DNA of 51,689 bases from assembly GCF_001194135.2 (NCBI RefSeq), contig NC_068987.1, forward strand, positions 26,683,798 to 26,735,486, given 5' to 3'. The notes beneath the pieces were generated by a model. That model had not been told where the DNA came from. It searched no databases and saw only the letters and a list, made by a program, of their open reading frames with translations. How positions within the stretch are numbered: position 1 is the first letter of the stretch; each line of letters starts with the position of its first letter. Shown here piece after piece: positions 10,372 to 23,258 of this stretch. Source of the stretch: Octopus bimaculoides. Lineage: Eukaryota. The position numbers were made by a program, and so were the translations under genes.

Positions 10372-13300
10372 CTGTGAGAGTCTATTGTTACCTACCCGAA
10401 AAGAACCAGATTCGAGTAATATTTAAATCGAAATCATTCGGTGGGCATTTCGAATTTACCACTTTATAAATTAGAGCAAATACATTTATGAATTTATATT
10501 ATTTCTGTTTAACCTCAGGTTAGCTTCAATGTATGAAGTCTCTAAAAGGCCTTTCAGATGCTGATATCGCATTCGCCTTGAGTAGCTAATGCTAAACTGT
10601 GTGGTATCAGTTTTATTTTAAGGTACTCGTGTGTGTGTGTTTGTGTGAAATGAGTGAAGTTTCACTGTCTACATTTAGCAAGTATGAGTCAACGTGCAGA
10701 GACTTTGTTGACTTGTGTAATATATTTATCGGAATGACGCTAAACATATAGCGACTGTCATACATCAACAGGTGTTCTTTCGGTACGATGTTATTGCGAT
10801 GCAGCTCCAAGACTTGTCTGACAGCTGATACAATTTACTTTATTTGATTTACTTGAACGCTGAATCCTTTGGTAAAGGCTACACACTATCACAATATTTG
10901 ATTGCCCCCATCATTTAAAATATACTTCGCCTGTCTTCTAGAAAGTATAAAAGAAGCAAAATTAGACATATTTGGTGAGTGTCGCTGAATATGATGTTAA
11001 TTCTACGTCAGTTGAAATACCTCTTCCTATCTTCTAGTTGAGATTAAATTTCTTAAATACACCTACCTGCTATAATTCTTTTGAGATAAAGAACAATTTT
11101 AAAACTCTTGGAATGTTACAAAGTTTAATTTTGTCATAAATCTGATATGCACGTCCTTTGCTCGTAGTTACATAAAGCACATTATACTTTTAATCTAAGT
11201 ATAAATCATGAGTTTTATCCGTGACAATTTAAAATGGAATATAACTGGACACAGTGAATTCCTTGCTTTTCCAGTAAAAATACGAAACCTCTACTTCTCC
11301 GCATTCTTATATGTAGCAGCTACTCCGCATTAAGCGATCACAACTCCAGTACTACGGATATGTGATTAGAATATCGCAGTAAAGAATCGCAAGGCGGTTT
11401 CTTCAAACAGACAATTGTTTGAAGAACTAGATGTAGACAAATATCGAGATGGTTGTACAATATCCATTGTATGAGGTGCTCACGCTTGTTAATCCAGTCG
11501 GAAATTCTAAAGACAGTTGCTTCTCATAGGATTCTATGGAAAAGGGACTTAAGGACACCACGCCCATGACTCTGCTAGATATAATGGGCAGAGAAGTTGA
11601 ATGGATAGACGACACATAGAGCTACGGAGTTATGACCACTGAGAGATAAGTGGGGCATCTGGTCTTGACAAAATTTCGACGATAAGATTTGAGACAACAA
11701 TTTCCAAATAGATTGATTGGACTACCACTGTTTTGACTAGTAGGTTGTAAATACATAATGTATTTCGCTTTTATTTCTTCATCAGTCATTTTATGAAGTT
11801 TGTCTATTTTATACAGTCTTTAGGTAATAGAATAATGTAGTTTCGTATGCTAAAGTTACTCTTTATATTTTTATAGCCTACACGACCCGTTCGCCTTCAT
11901 AAAATCTGTAACCTAAATGCATTTTAAGACTGAGAAATAGTTTGAGAGAAAGTTTCTTTTGTTTTTCTTGTAAACTGTTCTCGGTAAATAAATGACACAG
12001 TTTTCGAAGAATGTTATACCCAATTATTCTTAGTAGTTAAACGAGTTACTCTTGTTTCGATCAGTCATCTGATTAACAATTTAGCAATCAGTTATCTTTC
12101 TAACTATGTGAGTTACCAGAGTAAGATGTGTTCTATTCTTTCATGTGGTGTGCGACAGTTTCATATAATCTTATTGATTAAGCGATTTTCTTTTATCTAT
12201 ATGCTCACTTTTGATCAGATTTTATTGAGATGTATCTTTACAATATATTGCTTCAAAAGAAGGTAGCGTATATATATCAATCTAATCCTGAGACACAATT
12301 CTCAGCATTTAAGTAAATTACTCTAACTAATGACCTGATCACAGTACGTAATTATATTATCTAACATTCTCTTATATTATTTTCACCTGGTCCATCATTG
12401 CCGTGGTACTAAAACGCAATACTTATAATGTTCTTTCTATAAAACAACTGTTGCGTTTACTTATCGGATTTAAATGAAATTTGATAGGAAAGTAAATGCT
12501 AAAGAAAACGAAACAAATGAGAACGCCAGAAGGAAAATATTTTGTACATAACTTTGCGGCATATATCACACAATGAATAGTTATTTTAACTTTCGGGAAT
12601 AATATAGCTACTATTGAGTACATTTCAAGAGAAAATATGTTGTTGTTCGGTACTAACTGTTGAGATTTGGCTGCTTTTACCAGCAGGCTACGAGGTAGAG
12701 GTGTTTTGATTTTGTATGAAGGAAAGTATGTAAGATGTTTCTATTTTTGCGTTATCTACTGGTTTTGTTTCTTAGTCCCATATAAATTATTATATTGCAA
12801 ATCTAAAAGAAATGATTGACAAACATGGCTGCTATCCTTTTTCATAAGTAAAGGCAATGGTATCCAACGTACCGTTGACTTTTAAGGTAGCTAGGCTCTT
12901 TTTATAATTTCAATTACTGACTGTAATCTAGATAATGCGGTTTAAATTGGTACATATATTTGGTTATGTGCAACTACACACAAACACTAACACACCCACA
13001 CATAGATACACACACATGTTGTTGTGAGCATATACATACACGCACACACACACACACACACACGCACACACACGTACACACACACATTCACATACACATG
13101 ATGTCCTTGATATAATGCTAAGACTTTATCAAATTAAAGCTCAGAATAAGGGTATAATAAGGACACATTCGAAATATACTACAGTTGTAAGACTGAATAA
13201 AACTCGACAATTAGTTTGAATGATGCCTTTCATAATATATCTCTCGTTCCGATACGAAACCATATGTGAGAAGATAGGGTTAATTTTGCATTCAATCGAC

Positions 13301-13590
13301 CAAAAGTTGTCGTTATCAATTGATAATCTTTTGTGTTGTTGTTACTTCTGACTCTTACCGTTCGATGGAGCAAAAATTGAATGTTAACCATGCTCTCGGT
13401 AATATTTAAGGAAATTACAAGATTAAATACTGAAGTGCTTCTAACCCTTTGCTCTCACGTTTCTGTCAATCGTCGCATTCTAAGCTAAAACAGTATTATT
13501 GATTATAAGGAAATGGACTACTGATTTCTGTAAGGTCATATTTCTAGAAACGGTTAAAGCACATGGTAAATGCGAGATGACTACTCTGTA

Positions 13591-13593
<3 letters not shown>

Positions 13594-13658
<65 letters not shown>
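13594..13658. repeat. (GA)n microsatellite
   Basis: Directly visible. Confidence 0.98.
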
Positions 13659-13661
<3 letters not shown>

Positions 13662-13989
13662 GTGTGAGAAAGTGAGAGAGAGCTAATAATGAGCCAGGAA
13701 AGTGACACATTTTAAGAAAAATACGGCTTTCTGGAGAAGTACCATCATTTTGTGATACTGGAATATACACAGCATAAAAATAGATTATTCATTCAAGACC
13801 ATTCCAGTCGTTTAGCCAGCAGACATTGAAACTGCTAAGAAGACTACAGAAAGTTATTTTCAGATCAGATACTGCCGATGAAGGCTTAAAACAGAGTAAA
13901 CTTGCTAAGAGCTACAAATAGCCAGGTGGTGCTACCAAACTGGATGACTGACTACGCAAGAACTTTATCTATCTCTCCAGATCAGCTTC

Positions 13990-14070
13990 TGTACTAAATT
14001 ACACTCACCACAGTACTACTGGTTGCTTTGAGCATACAGTAGAAGGCACCTACTCAAGATAACATACAGA
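13990..14070 (-). mobile_element. Highly decayed SINE type A fragment
   Basis: actcac..gagcatacagtagaaggcacctactcaag resembles actcacaagg..ctatagtagaaggcacttgcccaag at ~40140-40190. Confidence 0.5.
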
Positions 14071-15413
14071 TGAATTAAGTACGAAAGCAAATAACTATGA
14101 AAGAAAGCTTTAAACATACCACAACGTCTGCGCTACCAGTCGTCTGTAAAAGTTATAATTTAACTGATTCAAACATTCACTGGAACAAAGCATACTTTAT
14201 TTAAAAAATGTATAATCGATTAGACGAGCATTCTAAATTGATTGTTGACCTAATTTCCTAAATTGATTGTTGACCAGGGACTAATGGAAAGTTACGTCAA
14301 CTTTTGCGCTAGAGGAAATCAGAAAGTAAGTGTACTCACATAAATATCCCAAAGTATTTTGCTGATACAAATGTACTGCAATTTAACCCATTAAAGTGAT
14401 CTAATAACATTGAAAACGTATTAAATCTCTTCGCTAAGTTAATATATTGATGAAACTCAGTATATGCAGTTGCTACCCTGTGCCTGTTTCTTTATTAATA
14501 TAATTAAAGAAACTTTATCACAGAAACTTTAACTCTCGTCGGCTCAGCCAGCGAAGCAGTATCACAGGGTGGTAAAACTCACCATTGTATTAAGCGGCAG
14601 CACTGTAAAATTGAAAGCCTCAGTGAGATCAAAAGATATGTGAAAATTCGAGTGAGATTGATGAATCACGGTGATAGAAGATTTATCAAAATTAGCTATC
14701 TAATGATTCATGACAACGGAAGAGTTAGCAGAAAATAAATGTGGTTGCAAAAGTTGACAAGATTGCAATAAGATAGTTCTCTAATGACTCATGTGAATGA
14801 AAGTGTTTATAATTTTAGTTTTACGCATGGGTTTTATTCAGATATCCTAATATATAAATGCAAACAACTTCATATACCTTATATTACTTTGTGTAGTAAG
14901 TAGTCGAATGTGTTAAATATTATTAATAACACCAAGGTATATTTTTATTTCATTCCTTGTGTTGTTAAAAGAAATAACTACCCTCTACTTAGATGTATTG
15001 ATTAATTCAAGTATGGAAGACGCATATTTGTAGAATTGTGCCATGTAAGAAATCGGTAAAATGTGTGTTTCAAAGGTAAAAACATTATAAAAACCATAGA
15101 ATACGATACCAAACCAACAAAAATAAGAAATGATGTCTAACCTGAGTATTTCAAGTACCTTGGTTGATATTTATTCCTTCGACTCTCTACACTCACCTCA
15201 AAATATAGGCATGATCCTCCTTAATGAAAATGAAATATTACTAGTATCAACGGAACCGTAGCGTAAATTCCAAGCAAGAAGAAAACCAATCAGATTTCCT
15301 CTCAGAAACTATTTTGCAGAAAAATAACAATATTCATTGGGATCGTACAAAGTTTACAATAATTCACAATAACACAATTTCCTCCACTCAATCAAACAAT
15401 ATTTCCTTACTTG

Positions 15414-15630
15414 TAAGGCGGCGAGTTGGTAGAAACGTTAACACGCCGGGTGAAATGCTTAGCGGTATTTCGTCTGTCTACTTTCTGAGATCAAATTCCA
15501 CCGAGGTCGGCTTCGCCTTTCATCCTTTCGGGATCGATAAATTAAGTACCATTTGTATACTGGAGTCGATCTAATCAACTAGTCTCATCCCCCCAAAATT
15601 TCGGGCCTTTTGCTTAGAGAAGAAAAGAAT
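15414..15630 (+). mobile_element. Full-length SINE type B with 18-bp target-site duplication
   Basis: tRNA-like head (ggcggcgagttggtagaa..gagatcaaattcc). aatatttccttacttgta occurs at 15398-15415 and 15628-15645. Confidence 0.92.
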
Positions 15631-17696
15631 ATTTCCTTACTTGTAGAAAGAAATACTATCTCTGGTGAGTCACCATTTTTCCTTTTGTACTTTTGGAGAT
15701 GAAAATCGAAGAAAGATATGTTGGTCGCGTCTTATATAATCAGAGGAAATTCGTGAAATTCTTATAAATTTGCCATCTCGAAGTGAACACAAAAATATCG
15801 AAGTTTATAACACACACACACGTATGTATGTGTGTGTGTGCGTGCGTGCGTGCGTGCAATATAATAATGCAATATTTGTATTCTTCCCACGAACGTATTT
15901 ATACTTAGAACACAGCTGGATGTGCAGCTAGGTAGACTTTTTCTTACCAGTCTTTAATATTGTGCTGTCCTCCTGGCAAAGTCACTTAATTCTTGATGAC
16001 TTAGTACACTAAATTCTACATACGGATGGAATTCATGTGTGTAAACGACGTATATACTGTATAATTTACGTGTGATTCGTTAGCTTTCTTTGCTACATTA
16101 TTTATGTCAGTATGAAACCAGCAAACTCATAAATTATAATAAATATAGTTTTCATCAAAGCTTAGCAACCTTCTAGATTGCTGCAATTTACTGCTGCTTT
16201 GTATGGGATACAACAGAGAGAGCTTTTTTAAAATATAGTTATGAATTCTCTTGAATAAAACTTGACTAAGCATAGAGCCATATAATTGATATGATGTAAC
16301 AGCTTTGTTTTTTAACATCATGTAATCTTACTTCTATCAACGAATGCTGCATTGGTACCTACGGAATAACTTACAATATATTCATTCACTTTTACTTTCT
16401 TTCTGTATATATCCATACCTACATAATTCGAACTGCTTTTACTTATCTGTTAGCAAATATTTAGATATACAGATTGGCTTTCATATATATATATATATAT
16501 ATATANNNNNNNNNNNNNNNNNNNNNNNNNNNNNNNNNNNNNNNNNNNNNNNNNNNNNNNNNNNNNNNNNNNNNNNNNNNNNNNNTTTACAAATCGATAG
16601 TTACTCACAAGTTATTAGTTTTCCTCATGTCTCTTTTGTTCAAGCCTATTTTGTTATAGAATTGGCATTTTGATATAGATTTTTATTGTATGATGTTCGA
16701 TGCAGTTTCGTTTCATATTGCATCTTTGCGGTGTTTAAGACGCAGTATGAAAGGGGAAATGTAGACAAATATATGCTGTGGTAAAGTATGAACAAATACA
16801 TGACAAAGTATAATACCGAAAATATATATCAATAAATCTTCCCTTCTCTTTTCTTCTCTAGTGTGAATGAGAGTTTTGGACAAAAGAAAAGCCTTGTCTA
16901 TCCTTCTTTATTGACAATACACCAATTACAAAACGGGTAGTTCTTATGCATTAGATGTGCTACGATCACTTTGATATCTAAAGACAGGAAATTTGGACAC
17001 ATAGAATAAAAATTTATCAATGACACTATCCTATCAATTATTATCGATCCGTTGAAAGCCACAACATTCTACAGTGCATTTGTTACTTTTTCTTTCTTTC
17101 TGTATTAGATTTGTTTTTTTCTTCTTTCATGAATAAGTGAAACGTGCTATTCAGTAATGTTTTCATGTATGGGACGTACAAAGCGTAAAAGAAATGTTTA
17201 TTTGTATTTCATATGTTGCATCATTTGCAGACCAGCCACGACCTAATTTGCTTCATGGTGCGGTCCACCAACCATTCCTTTGTTAGTTTATTTTTAAAGT
17301 TAATATTAAATTTGAATTTTAAATTCGCCTACTTTCATCTATAGATTTATTAGTCGTCAGTGCACACAATATTGCGTGATACGACTTGCAAGAAAGATTG
17401 AATGCACATATTTCTGAATCATTGATAACCGTTATCTGGAATATAATTGGCCCACTTGATCTTAAGAATCATTTCTGAAGTATTTATGTTTGAAGTAGGT
17501 ATAGAATGCAGCAGAAGGACGATACACAAGTCCACTAATTTGGCGAGACCATTACTTCTCTTATAACAAGATCGATTCCTTTACAACTTTCACCTACATT
17601 TACAAATATCAGAACGAAACATATCTTAATAATCAGTATAATTTCACTTTAATTCAAACAAAATTCACCTGATTCCGTTTACTTCGAATGACTCAC

Positions 17697-17778
17697 TGCA
17701 CAATCCCATTACATATCTCATTAAGCATTAGGCTTTGTTTGCACAATGATGTTTCAAACTGTCCTAACATTTTCTTTA
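17697..17778 (-). CDS. Putative internal exon, 82 nt, KKMLGQFETSLCKQSLMLNEICNGIV
   Basis: ttcttattttaatttag acceptor, CA|gtgagt donor, open frame. Confidence 0.3.
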
Positions 17779-17934
17779 CTAAATTAAAATAAGAATAAAT
17801 CTTTATGTTATGTTCACTTCGGAGACAGAAAATTGCATTGAACTCAGTATTATCTTGTTAACCACACCACGAAAATCAACATCGTGTTTAGATCACTTAA
17901 CAAGCCTTTCGATTTGAACGGAAGTTAATCTTTG

Positions 17935-18008
17935 CAAGAATATTTCAAAGAATATTTCAAACTCAAGAATATTTCAACCTCAAGAATATTTCAAACACAA
18001 GCTATTTC
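17935..18008. repeat. Short minisatellite, about 5 copies of caagaatatttcaa(nnn)
   Basis: Directly visible. Confidence 0.9.
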
Positions 18009-20995
18009 CATTCGCTGGTCCAGTCCTCATTGGAAATTTTATCCTATAATTCACGGGAGAATATTCGAGAGCAGAATTTTATATTAAAAATAATTAATTA
18101 GTAAATAGTTATATACACATATTCAAGAATGCTTTCATCATTCTTTTGTAATTAACTCGAACATACACCTTCGTAAACCTATGCAGTAATATGATAATGA
18201 AAATATATGTGCAGTAGCCAAACATGATAACAAAACAAAAATTATATATTCACATATAGCAAAAGTAATACCACTCAATTGAAGTTCTTTTCAAATCACT
18301 ATTTTGGATTTGTAAAATCCTATAGAATGCACAACACCGCCTTGAGGGACATTCGTAATCAGTATCGCTACTTTCCATCTATTTCTATAAAAGCTGATTG
18401 CTTCTATGTCTCACCACCTGAAGTGAAAGAGAGACAATAAAACTGAAACATGGTTATACTTTACTCAGATGAGTTTGAAGACATGATCCATTCCGATCTG
18501 TATAAATTTTATTTCCTTGAAATTTAGATTGTCTGATATTATTGCATTTGTTTCCTTTGAATATCGTTTATATTTATGCAATAATCGAGTCCAAAATAAG
18601 ATATCTTAACTGTGTTTTTGTTTACGATGTGCATAACTATGATGTCCAACCATACGAAATTATTTGATCCGATGCGAGAATAAGCAGTAGCATTGAAGCT
18701 TAACTGGTGGCAGTGAACTTAGGTGATCTTTAGCCAGAATTCAATGAAACACGCAGACAATAGTCATTATAGGTAATGTTGACATTACTGCTTAGGTACA
18801 TGAAAAAGAATGTATACACTTTACCTGAAAACAACGATAGCGTATCAGGACCGTTAATTTGCTGAATATGTTGTTGCATTTCTCTGCTAGAAAGATTTTA
18901 AAAATTGTGTTTTATTTGTACAGCTGCAAATAAGAGCATTTATACAGCTCAACATACAAATGTATGGAGTCAACTTCCTAATCGAAAAATAACGGTTCCT
19001 GTTTACTCTGAAACAATTCTTCGGTGAGAAATTATATAGCACACGAATATCATTTTATCCAAATGACTAATATAATCTATTCACACAGTCCTGCATTATG
19101 TGTATAGAATATCCTGAAAATAAACCAAGATAGCAAAATTCTTTAGATATTTATATTGTAAGACAAAGAACAGATTAATTTAGCAAACATTTTCCCGGGG
19201 ATTTTAGCTCTAATTACCATACCAATAAACGATCTCAATCAAGTTCCAGGTTCGCAGGTTTATATCTATTGCAGGTTTTCCAGAGTATATTTGATCCACA
19301 CATTTTAATAAACTTTTTCATGCAAAATATGTGTGTTATACAGATTGAAATCCGTATCGTATGAATTCTATGCTGCATAATTCAAGATTAGGCAAGACAT
19401 AATATATTAAAACGAGCTCTGGTACAATTAACTTGATGTTACCTATTTCGCCATAAATATACTTTGAAATTCATCTTATGTTCAATCCTATGTTTGAAAA
19501 TCTTGCGAAATATTAAGACGACCATTGAATATCTGAGAACTAAAAGAAAGTCCAATATAAAATAGAATTTGTTCAAGAGATTCAACAGTCATCTATATAA
19601 GAGGATCTCTCAAGGCAAATGTTACAGTATTCAATTTTCTAGCAAAATATCTACGCTAATTTGGACATAAAGATTGCGTTTGGGCATTAATAACGCTTCG
19701 TCGCTAATGATTAACTTTTAATAAACCTGTTGGCTATTTGCGACATCAGTGCCTGAAAAGTCAATGTAATTCTCAGTGAGATTTGATAAGTATGCGACAA
19801 GCAGATAGCTATCACTGACGAGACACTGTTCGTAATTTAGTGATCTGACAATGAATGCATGTATTCGCATGAGAGGTTCTGTATATAGTTATATGATGTC
19901 ATCAAGTTTTATCTGTACAGCTGTTTCAGATAATCGATGACTGCTATAACCATGCATATTATTAATGGAGCCGGATATTATTTTAGGTGTATGGATTGTC
20001 ACAGATTTAAGAGACCCGCGTATCGAAATCTTGATGTCCACATCAGAAGACACTAGAGAATGGCATAGTGGAGAACAGTGTTTATGAATATATGTAAGTT
20101 CAATAGGATTAGAGAGACAGAGGAGAGGAAAGGCTGTAGTGATACGTAAAATAGATATAGAGCGAGTAGACGAGAGAGAAGGACTGGTTGCCTGGTGGTG
20201 GTGGGGGGATTAGTTGTTTTTCATATAACGTCAATTAACGGCACGACTACTAAAAATTGGTTATAAAATTAAGAAAGAGAGAAAATGGCTATGCAGGTTA
20301 GATCAAAGGAAGTCAGAAATCTAAAATAGGAAAAAAAAATGAAAAAGAAAAAGCGAAGTGCGAGAAAAATATGTGCTTAGGCCAGTTGATTCTATAGACG
20401 CATTGCAGACATGTAGCAGACCATAAATCATAGCAGATCGTGGATAAATGTGAAGCAGACAAAAACAATAAATACTAAAAAAAATATCGCTAATACAGAT
20501 GAGCATTTTAAAACGGTATCTCTGACATTTAGCACGAAAATAGGTTATACAAATGGGNNNNNNNNNNAAATTTGACAGTGTGCTGGTGAAGGAGAAAAAC
20601 ACCAATGGGAGTTTACTAAGAAGGACATGTCCTTAATAGACTTAATAACATAATATGAATGTTATAACAATAATCGATTATTTGAAACAGCTGTAAAACT
20701 AAGATATGATTATATCATTTAATAGTATCCACGACTTCCGATTTGAATAAATTCCTTACACTTGTTAGTTCACACACACACACATGCACACTCACACATA
20801 CATACAAATATCTGTGCATGTGTGTGTATATATATGTGTGCGTGTGTGTGTATGTGTATGTGTGCGTGTGTGTGTGCACGTGAGCATGGATGTATATATA
20901 TTTGTATAGATAGATACTTAAATAGATAGATACACATAAACACACACATATATACATAGAAGACACACACACGCAGATAAATATGCATATATATT

Positions 20996-21045
20996 GGCGC
21001 AGTGGGGGCTGTGTGGTAAGAAGATTCTGAAGCACAACCACCAGG
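20996..21045 (+). mobile_element. SINE type A head fragment
   Basis: ggcgcagtggggctgtgtggtaagaag..caaccac matches the start of the 26020 copy. Confidence 0.65.
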
Positions 21046-22311
21046 TACGACATTTGCTTTTTGGGGATTCAGTGGGGATTTGTTGCTTGCGTTTATTTAT
21101 TTTTGTCGAACAAGAAATCTCCACTGAGTTCCACGCATCTGCCTGCCTGTGGTTGTGTTTAAAGTCTCACTTAGCGGTGAGAAGTGTGTTTTGGAGGCGT
21201 ATCCCTCCTCCTAAAATTGTGCTTATTTTTGTGTGACTGTTTTGTGCCCTTGCCAGGAGGATTACCGAGTTGGTCAGGTCTACCAGGACAGTCAGACGAA
21301 TTTGCTGTGTTTTTTGAAACCTCCTCTATTCGAAAATATAAGTACACAGATTGTATGTCGTATAGCCAGCTGGAGACGATGTCTAGTAGCGTTCGCCCTA
21401 AAATGGGACTGCCACGTTAGGTTGGCAAACATCGCTGCATTCACGGGCTGCTACTGAATATTTCTCGTTGAGAGGTTTAGGAACAAGAATGTTTCGATTT
21501 TAAAATATATTGAGAACAACAAAATTTGGGACAGTGGGGTAAGTAAATATTACATGCTAGGGTCACCACTTCCGATTTTCTCGCTCATGCGTGACATACA
21601 GGAGCAAAACATTTAACGCCAAAGGGTCACACTTACCTAATGCGGGATTGTGGCACACTTCTGAAGCAGCAGAAGCGCTTGTGAGAAGTTGTGTTTTGTT
21701 ACTGAGCGATGATGAATCCTTTCATGTCTTGCTGTGAAGGCGATGAAAGCAATGGTAAATCGTCACAATTTGAAATTGGAGAGTCCAAACAAAAATACCA
21801 TGGAAAGCAGTTTTTGAATGTTATTACAGAATTCTAAAGACATGGCACCCATTGTTATATCCCGCTTTCTTCGATTCCTGTACAATTTCCTATCTCTATG
21901 ACATATACTTTCACTTCAGCTAACTAGAACAATAGAAGCACAATTTAATTAATGCAGTTTTCAAAACTTGTAATTTTCATAGTTCACAGAAATACCTCGA
22001 GGAGTTTCAAATAAACTTATACAAATATCCTATTGAATAAATAACCCTTATATACATGTTTCCATAGATTTAATAACAAAATAATTCAATTGTTATATTT
22101 TGTTTTAACATACATTCCATTTCAGGCATGCAATGCATGTCTAATTTATATAAATGAAGGCTCATTGCAAATCCTGTTTCATATAAACCTTTTCTTTCTA
22201 TAAGTGACACGTTGAAAGAAGATTCATACATGCCATATATATTCTACTTTAATTATTTAGTTATGGGGTTTTGAATTTTAAAGGGTATGCTTTGACAAGA
22301 AATAGCACCTG

Positions 22312-22343
<32 letters not shown>

Positions 22344-23258
22344 NNNNNNNNNNNNNNNNNNNNNNNNNNNNNNNNNNNNNNNNNNNNNNNNNNNNNNNNN
22401 NNNNNNNNNNNNNNNNNNNNNNNNNNNNNNNNNNNNNNNNNNNNNNNNNNNNNNNNNNNNNNNNNNNNNNNNNNNNNNNNNNNNNNNNNNNNNNNNNNNN
22501 NNNNNNNNNNNNNNNNNNNNNNNNNNNNNNNNNNNNNNNNNNNNNNNNNNNNNNNNNNNNNNNNNNNNNNNNNNNNNNNNNNNNNNNNNNNNNNNNNNNN
22601 NNNNNNNNNNNNNNNNNNNNNNNNNNNNNNNNNNNNNNNNNNNNNNNNNNNNNNNNNNNNNNNNNNNNNNNNNNNNNNNNNNNNNNNNNNNNNNNNNNNN
22701 NNNNNNNNNNNNNNNNNNNNNNNNNNNNNNNNNNNNNNNNNNNNNNNNNNNNNNNNNNNNNNNNNNNNNNNNNNNNNNNNNNNNNNNNNNNNNNNNNNNN
22801 NNNNNNNNNNNNNNNNNNNNNNNNNNNNNNNNNNNNNNNNNNNNNNNNNNNNNNNNNNNNNNNNNNNNNNNNNNNNNNNNNNNNNNNNNNNNNNNNNNNN
22901 NNNNNNNNNNNNNNNNNNNNNNNNNNNNNNNNNNNNNNNNNNNNNNNNNNNNNNNNNNNNNNNNNNNNNNNNNNNNNNNNNNNNNNNNNNNNNNNNNNNN
23001 NNNNNNNNNNNNNNNNNNNNNNNNNNNNNNNNNNNNNNNNNNNNNNNNNNNNNNNNNNNNNNNNNNNNNNNNNNNNNNNNNNNNNNNNNNNNNNNNNNNN
23101 NNNNNNNNNNNNNNNNNNNNNNAGAGGAAGAACGAGAGGGGTAAAGCGAGATACGTAGTAGTAAAGAGGAAGAACGGGAGGGGGAAAATGATAGAGGAAG
23201 AGAAAGAGAAAGAGATAGAGTAGCGTCGGAAAATATAAAGTTATATATATATATATAT

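Noticed and set aside
11399-11426. 11-bp perfect hairpin ttcttcaaaca/tgtttgaagaa
   Set aside because: Too short for a pre-miRNA and has no supporting context.
11735-11752. tagtaggttgta resembling let-7, and 19670-19690 resembling miR-219
   Set aside because: The seeds differ and there is no precursor hairpin.
11745-11795. Minus-strand CTGATGA..GAAA with palindromic aatacat-t-atgtatt
   Set aside because: Stem II cannot pair beyond one base pair and there is no stem I partner.
14233-14275. 18-bp direct repeat ctaaattgattgttgacc with 7-bp spacer
   Set aside because: Local slippage duplication with nothing inserted between the copies.
17935-18008. Regular short repeats, also at 30910-31028 and 35211-35300, considered as CRISPR-like arrays
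   Set aside because: No unique spacers and a eukaryotic context, so ordinary minisatellites.
19811-19845. atca-CTGACGA-gacactgttc-GTAA-tttag-tgat
   Set aside because: GAAA is mutated, there is no NUH triplet and stem II is weak.
19937-20056. 39-aa ORF ending in C-x2-C-x13-H-x3-H
   Set aside because: Spacing is off by one, there is no TGEKP linker or array, and there is no in-frame acceptor. Probably chance.
21638-21880. Minus-strand segment ending in AG|gtaagt (also 27418-27510 and 48559-48680)
   Set aside because: All frames from the plausible acceptors contain stops. At most non-coding exons.
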